DNA of 64,000 nt from Bigelowiella natans CCMP2755 (lineage: Eukaryota > Protista > Cercozoa). Both the position numbers and the translations under genes were made by a program. Under the pieces are notes generated by a model, which saw only the letters and a program-made list of their open reading frames with translations, did no database searches and had not been told where the DNA came from. The stretch spans positions 124,001 through 188,000 of the forward strand of contig ADNK01002519.1 of the NCBI GenBank assembly GCA_000320545.1, in the 5' to 3' direction. Position 1 is the first letter of the stretch; each line of letters opens with the position of its first letter. Positions 53,116 to 64,000 of this stretch are shown piece by piece.

Positions 53116-54728
53116 CTAGTGCGTTGTGATTTTACTTTTGACTGGAGGTTTCTTCACGTACATAGATTCATCTACTCCAACTTGGTCTAGGATCCTTCTC
53201 ATGCGAGAATTTTGACGTTTGAGTTGAACGAATTCTGAAAAAAGTTGCCTCTTTGGGTCCGGTTTTTCCAGAGCTTCAATAGATTTTTTAAGATGCTGAT
53301 TCTCAGCGATCAAATTTCGAATGTATTGCTGCAGGAGGGTAACTGCATTTGTCGTAGGATCATGCTCTTCTGGAGTATTTAACAATGATTCCTTAATAGA
53401 TTGAGAAAGGTGTTTCGATATTGGGAAGGTTTTAGTGGAGACAAGTTTTGGAGCTGTAGCCTCGGAAGAAGTGCCGTTTGGTTTCAAGTCAAGAAATTGG
53501 GAGCCATCCTTTGGAACTTCAATCTTGACGGATACAGGTTTGGTAGTCTTGCTCTCTCCATTCGCTGCCTTTGGTTTGGCTTCAGGAGACGATTTCTTTT
53601 GCTGCATATTTTGAGACGAGGCGTTTCTCGTGGGACTTGTAGGATCCATACCAGATTCCTCCGAGTCAGCCATCAACTGCATTTTGGTAATCATGTCTAA
53701 TTGCTTTTGAAGCTGACTCACGCGAATTTCCGATCGGGTAGTATGTTCCTTTTGTTGATCTATGCGTTTCTTCAACATCTCATTCTCAGACAAAACCGAG
53801 TTAAATTCCGCTTTAGGTACTCGCGCATTCAATTCAAGTTCTAAGTTCTTTAGAAACATGTCTGAATTTCTCAGCTTTGTCTGTTGCTTTGCTACGAGGG
53901 CCTCTGAGATCCTTAGTTTCTCACTTAATACTTCCACCTCTCGTGCCATGCTTATCAAACGATCATTCTGCGAATACAACCTCTCTCTCTCCTTAAGTGT
54001 CTGACTTAATAGGTGACGCTGCTGTTGGACATGTCCGTTCTCAGCCCATGGATTAGTTTTCTGGCCACCACCTGCCAAAGATGCTTTGAAGTCGCGTGCG
54101 GCAGCGCTTTTAATTTCCCAATTCTCCCGCTTTCTACGCGTTTCAGTCATCATTCTCTCTCTCAGCCGTCTACTCATATCTTCTTTAATCGGATCATCCA
54201 AGCCTTTATCACTGCTACGCGCCATAGTTCTGGGACCAACCTGATCAGAGGTTCTCCTCCATCTGTCTCCCATTGCTCTGCCCACCTTTCCGCCATTCAT
54301 GGCGGACTTCTTTGCAAGCCATTCAGGCTCGCTTTGTTTCGATAATTCAAAACTGTTTCTACCTTGATTCTGAACGGATTCAGTGTATGCTTTGTGAAGT
54401 TGTAGCCTTTCATCTGCCTGCATCTTCCATAATTTGACTGCTTGTCTGTCATTTTTACTCGCCGCTGAAAACATATTAAGTCATGAATTTTGTATTATTG
54501 AAAAGAAATATGACCAATAATACCTAAGAACGTATTTTCTGCTGCGTTTCGAGTTTGATGGCCAGGATTTGAACCGGGAAGTGGAGAAGCGGTCGCTGTA
54601 GTAAGAGAAAACTAAATGTGCTGTGTTGATCCATATTGAAGGGAAAACTTACGTAGATTGTAGGGAAGACGTTGGATGGGAGGCTTTGGTTGCAGCGGCT
54701 TTGGAGGGGGAAGTTGTGACTTGCTCAT
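53116..54728 (-). CDS. Hypothetical coiled-coil protein; multi-exon
   Basis: 452-aa terminal ORF with heptad-rich stretches (LSEKLRISEALVAKQQTKLRNSDMFLKNLELEL). A Pro-rich first exon, MSKSQLPPPKPLQPKPP, starts at 54728. Confidence 0.7.
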
Positions 54729-55298
54729 TTCTGTTTCTTGAAATTACTGCCGTTACTGCTCGTCAAGAAAGAAAGATGATCTAATCTTCAGGGGGAGGGG
54801 CGAACGGGCGTTATGATTGTCAGTACGGTGAAACGCCAATGGAAATTTTAGGTAGAATACGAAGGGATTTTTTATTGTTCTTCATACTTTTTGTTGACGC
54901 TATTCTGAAACGGCTTCATCCTGTATTGTATGAGGAAAAACGTATGTATTTTTGGATTTAGATGATGTCTTATTTTAGAAATGACCTGCAATTCTTGTTT
55001 CTTTAATCATCATCTCTTCTAAAAGACATTGCACGAACCTCTCCCTTCATTCGTTGCCTCGCCCACGCTCTCCTCGTTATTGCTTTATCTTTTCATCGCT
55101 CGAAATTCTACACTTGAAATAAGTTCTCGTTTGTTGCGATGGTTTGTGGCTTACCTGGATCGTGAGGACGAGTCAAAGCAAAAATCATGGTCGTACTCAA
55201 GCTTAATCTCCTGTTTCAGGAAATGCATTGAATGACACAACCATTTCCTTTCGTATTCTCGGCCTAAAACCTTGGACTATGACGTATCTAACTACTAG

Positions 55299-57010
55299 GA
55301 GAGTAGAGAAGAGGAGCACCGGTGTCGCAGGGCGATAGAGTACCAAGAGACTGCATGCTATCATCGTGAGCAAGCATCGAAACACGCGTTGAAAGGAGTG
55401 CTGGACCTTGTTAAAGAGTCCCTTAGTAGGGTAATTACTACATCTTGCCCCTCTTCTTAAAATGATATGAAATTGATTTTCCGCAGGCTGAGAAGTATGA
55501 CAAGTACGCTGCGGATGAATTGAAGGACTTGCCTGCAGAAAGTCAGTTAGTGTCACACACTGAGATTATTCCGTGTATAATACAGATCCCCCCCCCCCAC
55601 TGTATTTGTTGCTTTTTAAAGGAGTAGAAGCTCATATGAAAAATATAAAGAAGGGACAGAAAGAAAGGAAGAAGGTCGAAGATGAACGGTAAGATTAACA
55701 CTGCATCTCACATATATTGTCGCAGTTGTAGTTTATCTTGATTTCTCTCCTGCCTCGCCCCCTCTCTTTATACCAATATGGCTTTCTAAGGATAAAACGC
55801 AAGATGGAGAAACATGCAGCTTCAACTTCTGGTATTTTCATGAATGAATTCAGAAGCGTCGACTGATTTCTGAATTTTCACCTTATTTTCATCTTTGCTG
55901 ATAGGTGTCACAATGTTGAAGGCAACTATACCAGACGTGCGCACCCAAATAATGCATTCAATTGACATGCGGTCTAAGAATCTTGCTATTATCCAGGGAT
56001 TGATAGAGGGACAAACATTTGTAGCAAATTACAAGGGTTCCAACGTGTATTTGGTTGTACCAAAGGTTTGCCATTATTATAATGAATGTAATTTATTGTA
56101 ACATGAGAACGTGAAACATAGGGCAAAATAAGCGGCGATGATTTAATTCTTGGGCTTCCAGTTGAGGTATCTCTTTAATTTTTGGGCTGTGCCTCCCTCT
56201 GCTTCCTGTTACCTTGCTTATGTGAGTATTCCAACGCATGACAGGCAGCTGAAGTATCTCTTGTTGAAGTCAATATAAAAACTGGCATGGTAGGTATTTT
56301 CCGAACGTACTGATATTCTAGCATAACACCTCCGAAAATTCAATATGTTAGCCAAACAACAGCACGAAGGAAGGCTATTTGGAAAAGACTGGATACTTCA
56401 ATACAGCGTACAAGAAGCGGTTTTTTCGACTCTTTGAAGACGGAGTAAGTATGAAATAAATTCGGCTACTCTTTCTCTCACATTACCATACTCTCAGAAG
56501 TTACAATATTTTGAAGACGAAAAGTCAGACAAGGCAAACGGCGAATTGTATGTAGATTTATACGTGAAATTGAAGTTGTTGTTGTGACGATATTTCTTTG
56601 TATTCCAGGGATCTGAAGAACACAGTAATGAACACAGTTCCCTACGAAAACGGGGAAAATCACTTCATCCTGGTACTGAGAATAGTCTCGTTGAGTTTTA
56701 ATTGCTAGCTGAAATCCCGGGTTTTGTACAGGAATTCGGAAAGTTGACAACCAGAGAAATGCGAATAAAGGCTAAAACTCAAGAGGACCTGAAGGAATGG
56801 TTGGAGACTCTGAAGTCACACAAGGTTGTTCAATGCGATTGTGTGTTCAAATGTTAAGAGGGGAGTTTCATAATTTCACATGAATCGAACACATAAAAAA
56901 GAAGACTGGTAGCGCAATGTTCATGCAATGTTGAATTGCTGCATCGCCACCAAGTTGATTTGTGTGTTCTGTACTTGTTGTTCCAGTCTAATGGATTCAG
57001 ATGGAAATAA
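55299..57010 (+). CDS. Protein with a C-terminal PH domain; many small exons, true start upstream and unresolved
   Basis: Exons give KEGYLEKTGYFNTAYKKRFFRLFEDG-KLQYFEDEKSDKANGELDLKN...REMRIKAKTQEDLKEWLETLK; earlier exons are helical. Confidence 0.75.
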
Positions 57011-57533
57011 GATACTTAAAAAGTGCGATAAGAAACAATCGACAGATGCCTCCGATGTGATAGCTGTGCAGATGCTTCACACGCACACACGCTGAACAAC
57101 AACGGCGAATGACCAATGATGACTGACGCACAGTCACATTGCCATTTTGTGATGAACCAACGTTTTTCATCTTTGGCATTCAATGCACATTTCGTTGCTC
57201 GTTGGAGCATCGCAAGCACTTTCTGGATCACCATCAATCATGCGATTGGATTGACATCGCTAGATCGATCGATCACATCTCGGTCGTCGTTGCAACTTCT
57301 GGATGGATGTGTGCTGTGCAATGAATATGGCTACCTGCTTCATTGTGGCCGCCAAGCGAGGGCAGTGAATGATGTTTCGCGTGTTTGCTGAATCTAGGCA
57401 TGCTCACTCTATCTAACAGTCCAGCAGTGCTGCAGTTTCTTATGCTAGCGTATGCATGCATCAGCGATGAAGAATGCTGCAACTTGCGTATGTTGATGCT
57501 TGAATTGCTGCAACAGTTGCAGCAAGTTGTATG

Positions 57534-57659
57534 ATAGACACAGTAACATCAGATGTAGTACATATATGGCATTACATGTCTATAATGAGTATCCTTTGTA
57601 CTTATAATAGACACAGTAATATCATATATAGTATGTACATGGTATTACATGTCTATAAT
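57534..57659. repeat. Tandem pair of 53-bp imperfect palindromic units (57534-57586 and 57607-57659)
   Basis: atagacacagtaa...ttacatgtctataat occurs twice, with period 73. Confidence 0.9.
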
Positions 57660-59334
57660 TTGTGAAATTGACCCACGTGACAAACGTGACTGCGAGGACA
57701 ATACTAGCATTATAGCATGTGATGCTGCGATGCATTTTCGCATCACACTTCATTGGAATGTTCTTGCATGAGACGGATGTGCTTGTAAGTGATTGAATCT
57801 TTTCAACGACATATCCTAATGCATGCCCGATATACAATAACAATAGAAACAGCAATGTGGTACATGTGATGTGCATGCATGCATGGCGAACACGCCAGAA
57901 CCACCAGAACCCACGGCTTTCTCTGTTCGACGCACATGACAGCACTGAGCACTGTGTTCACATCACAACACATGTGCACATGTGCATGACATTGTGTGTG
58001 CATTTGTGTGTGCATTTGTGTGTGCGTGTGTGTGTGTGTGTGTGCGCGCGCGCGCGTGAATGAAGTTGGCATTGCACGGATCCACACAAGCACTCACCTA
58101 GTCCAATGGTCATCGTCACTTGTTGCATTGCCAGATTGCTAGATTGGCTTGTTTTGTCAGTGGACGACTAGCTGTGCCTGTGTGACGTGCACGTGACGTG
58201 AGTATGTGAGAGAATGCAAGTGAACGAACCTTCGAGCACACGCCAGCACGTCGCGGCGCCAGCACTGGAGCAAGGTCGGTCATCAGCAGGCGGGCTACGC
58301 GCACGCGTGTCAGCTTGCACGCCACACCTAGACGCGTGCGAGCATGACTGCGTGCACGTCCAGACGTGTGTTGTGTGCACTCTGTTGCATCGCACTGGAT
58401 CACACACAAGTCACATGTTGAGACAAGCCAGCACACATCAATTGGCACACACCTGCAGCTAGCTAGCTAGCTGGACACACAAAACTGTTCAGCTGTCCCA
58501 TCACCGATCCGATCGGATCATCCATTGAACGATGTCTTGAGAGTGGCTGCGCTGTGTTCCTAGCATGAAAGATGCAATGAGCAAAGCAACTCCAATGGCA
58601 ACGCGTTCCTCGTCGCAAAGGCTTTCAGGCTTTCTCTCAGACGTCTTCTTTCAAATTTGAAGACGACATGTAGATGTGGTTGACGCCAGAGAAAAAGAGA
58701 TCTGGCTCTTGTCCAAAGGGAAGATTTGTCGACACTACGTGAGGCAAATCTACACGTTGCGTCATCACATTTCTTCCAATTCAGAGCAAAACTAATGGGA
58801 TTTCCTCTTGCATCTGTTGGAGCGCCGACACAGGCCAGAGAGCACCAGATTTTCAGAGAGCTTCGGGCTTTTGTCTATCCAAAAAATAAAAACTGATTCA
58901 ATAGAAGACATCCAAAATTTCTTGTCGTATGATTTTAATTAGATCTAAACCAATTTTAGTATCAGCTTTTGCTTCGGGCTTCTAACTTCAAGGCGGTTCT
59001 CTGTTTCAACCCAAGACATGCATGGTGATACTTTACAAAGAAAGGAACACAGATCTACAACAACCTAAAGAGGTTGTCGCAACTGAAAATACCCATTAAT
59101 TATCTTTGAATATGCGAGAAGAAAGAGCATCGTAAGATTGAAACGCACACAGATCCGTCTTTCCCCAACCAAGCTCCGCCAGGTATGATGAAACTGCTGG
59201 GAGGGGGAGGATGAAGCAGAGAGATTGGAAATAGTTTCAAATATATGAATAGATACTGTTATATAGAGATGGTAGCTGGGTAAATTATAGAACGGGAGAA
59301 TGAGAGATGATTGCATTTGCAACAAACAAGGAAA

Positions 59335-60406
59335 ATGACGACCATGGAAGCTGAGAGCAAGGGGCTGCCTCCCCAGGAGAAGCAGATGATCAAATCTGTT
59401 TCTATCCCAAACGCAAAAGTTATCGATGGCAATGTCCACTATGTCGTACAAGTACAAGGTGCCTTCAACGCATGGTGTGTCCTGAAGCGATACTCCGCCT
59501 TCGAAGGTTCGAGCATGTACCTTTCTGTAAAAAAAAAAATAGAGGCTTAGTGATGTGTTAATACAAATAAGAGAATGAGATACTTAACGCATTAGTAGAA
59601 TTCGAAAATATGATCTGGAAAACTGTTTGGTGTAATGATTTCTGCTTCTTGAAAGCAGAGATAGCCCTCTTTATGTAAATTTTAAACTCCCAAGTTATAC
59701 ATCATTTTGTTATATTATTCAGAGGCGCATAAAGATTTCATGGATGCCTTCAAAACTTCATTTCCATCTGGAGCTGTATTTCCTCCGAAGAAGTTTAAAT
59801 TATTTCAGTCTCACACTTCCCCCGAATTTATGGAAGAACGACGTGTCCTTCTTGAAAATTATCTGAGGAAGATCGTAAGTGTGAAGAATTTGGCAAAGCA
59901 TAATCTTGTAACTGGTTTCTTGACTAAAGGCAAGCAGAAATTGGAAGTTAAGGAAGAAGAAGGGGAAGAACTTCCTGATGATGTGGAAATTACCGATGTA
60001 TCGATACCTGCCACGAGGATAATGAGCGACCACGTTCTGTACCAGATAGATCTTGTGAACGAACGAAAACGCAAAACGTACTCCAAATGGTGTGGTAAGT
60101 TCAATGAACCTCAAGATTTATTTCATATTTCTATGCTAACTTCATCGTTTGTATGCAGTTTTGAAGCGCTTCACCCAGATTTGGGAAATGGACACCAAAT
60201 TACGAGCTTCTCTTGTTGATGATCCAGACGCACTTGCAACACTGCCCCCTGCTCCACAACGCAAGGCCAAGCTCCTCCATGATCACATGGACCATTCGTT
60301 TATCGAATCGAGACGCATATTGTTGCAGAACTATCTGAAGAAACTCATCAAAACGCCGGTTGCTATAAGATCCTTAATCGTGCTGGAATTTCTAGGAGTT
60401 CAGTGA
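59335..60406 (+). CDS. Tandem PX-PX domain protein; 3 exons
   Basis: PX1: VHYVVQV...WCVLKRYSAFE...FPPKK...FMEERRVLLENYLRKI. PX2: HVLYQIDL...VLKRFTQI...LPPAPQRK...FIESRRILLQNYLKKL...LEFL. Confidence 0.88.
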
Positions 60407-60592
60407 GAGGTGTAAATGCTCCAACTATCCAAGAAAAGATACGTGGTAGGATTTTAAATGTTATGCAGTAGGGAAGAGGAAGACTCCTTACACGCGCAAA
60501 TGTACTTGTATCGCCCATGACGATGTCATTATCAGCACTGAAGAACTCATCATCAAATTTGCATAAATATTACATGATTACATGCAATCGGC

Positions 60593-60630
<38 letters not shown>

Positions 60631-60868
60631 ATACACACAAGCATCCTTCCTCACGATTGTTGCTAGCAGCTACGTACATGGCGCTCGACAGCATGCGCCA
60701 TGCGCGTCGTCGCATGTAGCTATCACTAGCTAGCTAGACTCTCTCGCACGTTACCGCTGCGACGAGCCGACCATGCTGCATGCGCAAAGCGAACAGCGTG
60801 TAAACATGTGCATGTAGATTCATGTGGAATCCATAGACTTGATTAACAAAAACATGAGATACGAGGTG

Positions 60869-61461
60869 TCAACGGTCTTCCTCATCTATGAGTTCGCTAA
60901 TTGGCATCTGAACATTTGCAGATAAGATCGGAACGCAACTTTTAGTATTGCATATATAAATTTTTATGGGTGCACTCGCACCATTTTCGTCAATCGCAAT
61001 AACGTCGATATCATATTGGTAATCAAGGCCTGGTACTATTGAAGCAGCCTACAGCGGTGGACAAAGTTCAAATCAATGTAATTCCGGAATGAGGTACATC
61101 ACAAAAAAATAGAAATATCAGCAATATGGCTGTCGCATCGACAAAAAAAATTCTTGTTTTTTGAGATCAGTAGAAAAGAACTCTACTTCCTTTGTAGATG
61201 TTATTGGCCACTACAAAAATTGTCATCGCGACTAGACGTCAAAATTGTATACACAATTTTTGCATCGTAGTATAAAAATTGATGATTATATGTAGTTCTC
61301 TGAAACAATCATCATGATTTAGTCTTCATCCTGAAATTCAGTGTATTGCTAGTGGAATATGACTTTGAACATTGGGCGATCGATCCTGTAGAGCTTTTCG
61401 TCGTATACTGTGGTCAACGGTATGTTATACAGCGCCTGTATGTGTTGGATAGTATTAGTAT

Positions 61462-61494
<33 letters not shown>

Positions 61495-61637
61495 CAGTCG
61501 TGCACAAAGTAGAAGCACGATCAATGGAGAAGAACTTCGAACATAAAACTCATCAAAAACTACCAAGGAAGAAAAATTAACATATGAACAGAAAAATTGG
61601 AACAACAAAAGTGCACGAGGTGGATTGGCAGATAGAA

Positions 61638-61676
<39 letters not shown>

Positions 61677-62666
61677 CGACACGAAAGCATATACATCTTC
61701 TCATGTTGTCTGAATGACAGGACACCGAATGCTACTGCATTCCATAGCACCTTGTTCCCATTATTTCTGAGAGTGAGCTTGATTTTGAAACATGGTCCGA
61801 GTCCATGTACCTGTGCATCGAGGTGGAGAGGCACATGCCCTGCTGTGCTCAAAGGACCTAAAGCAGACGCCGGAAGAAAAGAAGAAGAAAGAAAAATACA
61901 ATGTTATCGAAAGCACTCCATGCAAGCTGTCGCAGGGCGTAATTCTACGCATTCGCTTTCTTGCTGAACAGCTGCGTGACATGACCTTGTCCATGCTGAA
62001 TAATCTTAACGTAAGCCTGTGCTGTTGCCAGCCGCAGTTTGCATAAATCTCGCTGAAACTTTCTATGCATTTCGACGGGCTGGTCTTGTTCCCTCTTCAT
62101 CTGCTCTACGAAGAGCTTGGTCTTCTGTGGAACATCAAGTGGATTCTGCGACTCCTTGCGTTCCTATGTGCAATGCAATGGCGAGTAATAAACGCTTAAT
62201 ACGCCAAAGAAATCCAGCCAAGGAAAAGAGAAGCTTGTCTATGTCCAATAGGAATTCGCGTATGATTCCCTTTTGAACGTCCACAGGAGAACTTGAATGA
62301 TATATATGAACGAACATTTTCTGCACACTATCCGTACTGCTGTCGTCATAGAGTCCACGCGCATGATGTGTGTATGCATGTACGTATGTGTCTTAAGCAG
62401 GGCGTTCAAACTAGGCACCTGCGACTTTTTCTCTTCTGGGTCCAACTCAAGCTTTGCCTGAAAACAACATCAACACAATAAATAACGATAACCAGCCCTC
62501 CAAAAGCGGTGATATTGTACGAGTAGTCAACACAGTGCGTGCTGCTACTGGTATATATATTTACAACGATTACTATTATCGGATTCTATTGAGCAGCAAT
62601 CGATGACCTGTCGCCTAAGCATCTTCACGGACAAAGCTCGGTTTCGATGAGCAATCAGCAACGCTC

Positions 62667-62702
<36 letters not shown>

Positions 62703-64000
62703 GAGCATCAATAGACGTAACATGATTTAAGAAAATGCACAAAGTTTTACCCGCTTCACGACCGAAAGGACCGAAGATTAGACCTGAGGTGAATGGTGAA
62801 GATTTGACACAAGATTTAGTCTTCAATGAATGTATTAAATGTGGTATTATCCTTAATTCCCAAGCTTACCAGTGATAGCCGTTTTGCATTTGATTGTAGA
62901 GATTAAGTCGCGCTTATTATACAACCGAATTTCTCCTGAATTGAACAGAAACGAAGCTTAACGAGAGAGATTGCAGCATTGATGACGCAGCTGATACGAT
63001 TCAGATTCACGATGATGATGGTAGTGTGAATGACTCTGAACTAACCATTTCCCAATCCAACTATGATCCCTTCGAAATTGCGCATCTGAGCAAGAGCGAG
63101 TTTAGGACAACAAAGCATTCTTCACGCAACAACATGACTCTCACATGCACGCAGCCCCTCGTTTACCTTTGTAAGTCTCATTTCGCAGAGGTTGGTCACT
63201 GGTGCTGGGAAGTAGATGGAATAGTTTATTTTCCCCTGTTAGATAGCAGCAGCAGCCAAAGGCACATAAATATTAATAAGGAGCATTCCGTGAGGCGTAT
63301 GGAGAGCATCTTGAATTACAGCTCTGCAATTACCTTAAAACCATAGCTATGCATTGAGCAATTCATGGTTGCAATGATGATGTCCTAAACAACAATGTAG
63401 AACGGAGGGATGGAAGAACAGAGTCAACGAAAGAGTAAAAGCGCAGGGGAAATTAAGAAATGTGTTGGGAAGGAGGAGGGCGCTGATTGCAATATCATCC
63501 TGGTATCAGCAATGATGACCACCTTATCGATTATCCGCATATCTACGATTTGGGTCTCCATCTCAATAACACGTCCGGTTAGAGTAGCTTTCTAAGCAAG
63601 AGAAAGATGGAGGAGGGAGAAAAGACAATCAGTTATCAAGGAATAAGCTGGTTTTGGATCACAACCACACACACAGATCATCATCATCACCCAACATTCT
63701 CATTTTCATCAGCATCATCATCAGCAGCAGGACCTTTATTGTGTAAACTGTTGCATCCCTACAGGCTACGATGATGCGGTGCTCTCCGTTATATGTGCCT
63801 ATTGGTGTAATAGCAATTGTGAGGAGTGTCAGGGGGATGATGATGGTGGTGGTGATGATGATGGCGATATGGCGAACTCAATCGAAGGATGAGTTGGAAT
63901 ACCCTTCAACGTTCTCGTGGTCTCTCGAGCAAAAACACTATGAAGCCAATGTAGCCTTCGCGTAAGGCGGCGAGTGCTCATGTTTATGTTTATGTGATGT
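60869..64000 (-). CDS. BBS1: Bardet-Biedl syndrome 1 protein (BBSome); 3' part, 5' end beyond the window
   Basis: Exons give GLIFGPFGRE, LDVPQKTKLFVEQMKREQDQPVEMHRKFQRDLCKLRLATAQAYVK, PLHLDAQVHGLGPCFKIKLTLRN and IVPGLDYQY...PILSANVQMPISE. Confidence 0.92.

Noticed and set aside
58480-58790. Resemblance to U3, RNase P/MRP, TPP riboswitch or telomerase RNA
   Set aside because: Only isolated words match (CCAATTCAGA, CTGAGA, GGATGA...CTGA). Partner motifs are missing or on the opposite strand, and there is no telomere template.

Overview
Gene-dense, intron-rich eukaryotic nuclear DNA with short GT-AG introns, many filled with microsatellites. It is not prokaryotic. A BBS1 gene (flagellum) and an MnmE with a signal-peptide-like leader point to a flagellated alga with a secondary plastid, such as a chlorarachniophyte (inference). 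I reconstructed 18 protein genes by hand-splicing, in order: polycystin-1/REJ-like + PDZ (5' truncated), EF-hand Ca sensor, PH-PH-PH-RCC1-WW, BRCC36, GRAM protein, a Ki-67-like FHA/TPxK-repeat/2xSAP protein, DGAT2, importin-beta family, GT17 glycosyltransferase, a basic orphan, MetY with a mitochondrial-type leader, an NLP-like GAF protein, CASD1/RWA, MnmE, a coiled-coil protein, a PH protein, a tandem-PX protein and BBS1 (5' truncated). Main highlights: (1) a protist protein with Ki-67 architecture; (2) ten CTAG/TGCA/CATG/ACGT-rich spacers, all downstream of gene 3' ends, one bracketed by a decayed copy of the mnmE 3' end; (3) a stand-alone NLP-type GAF protein head-to-head with MetY; (4) a candidate structured RNA at about 58.5-58.9 kb. 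Exon boundaries are manual and approximate, and family calls rest on motifs recalled from memory, not database searches.
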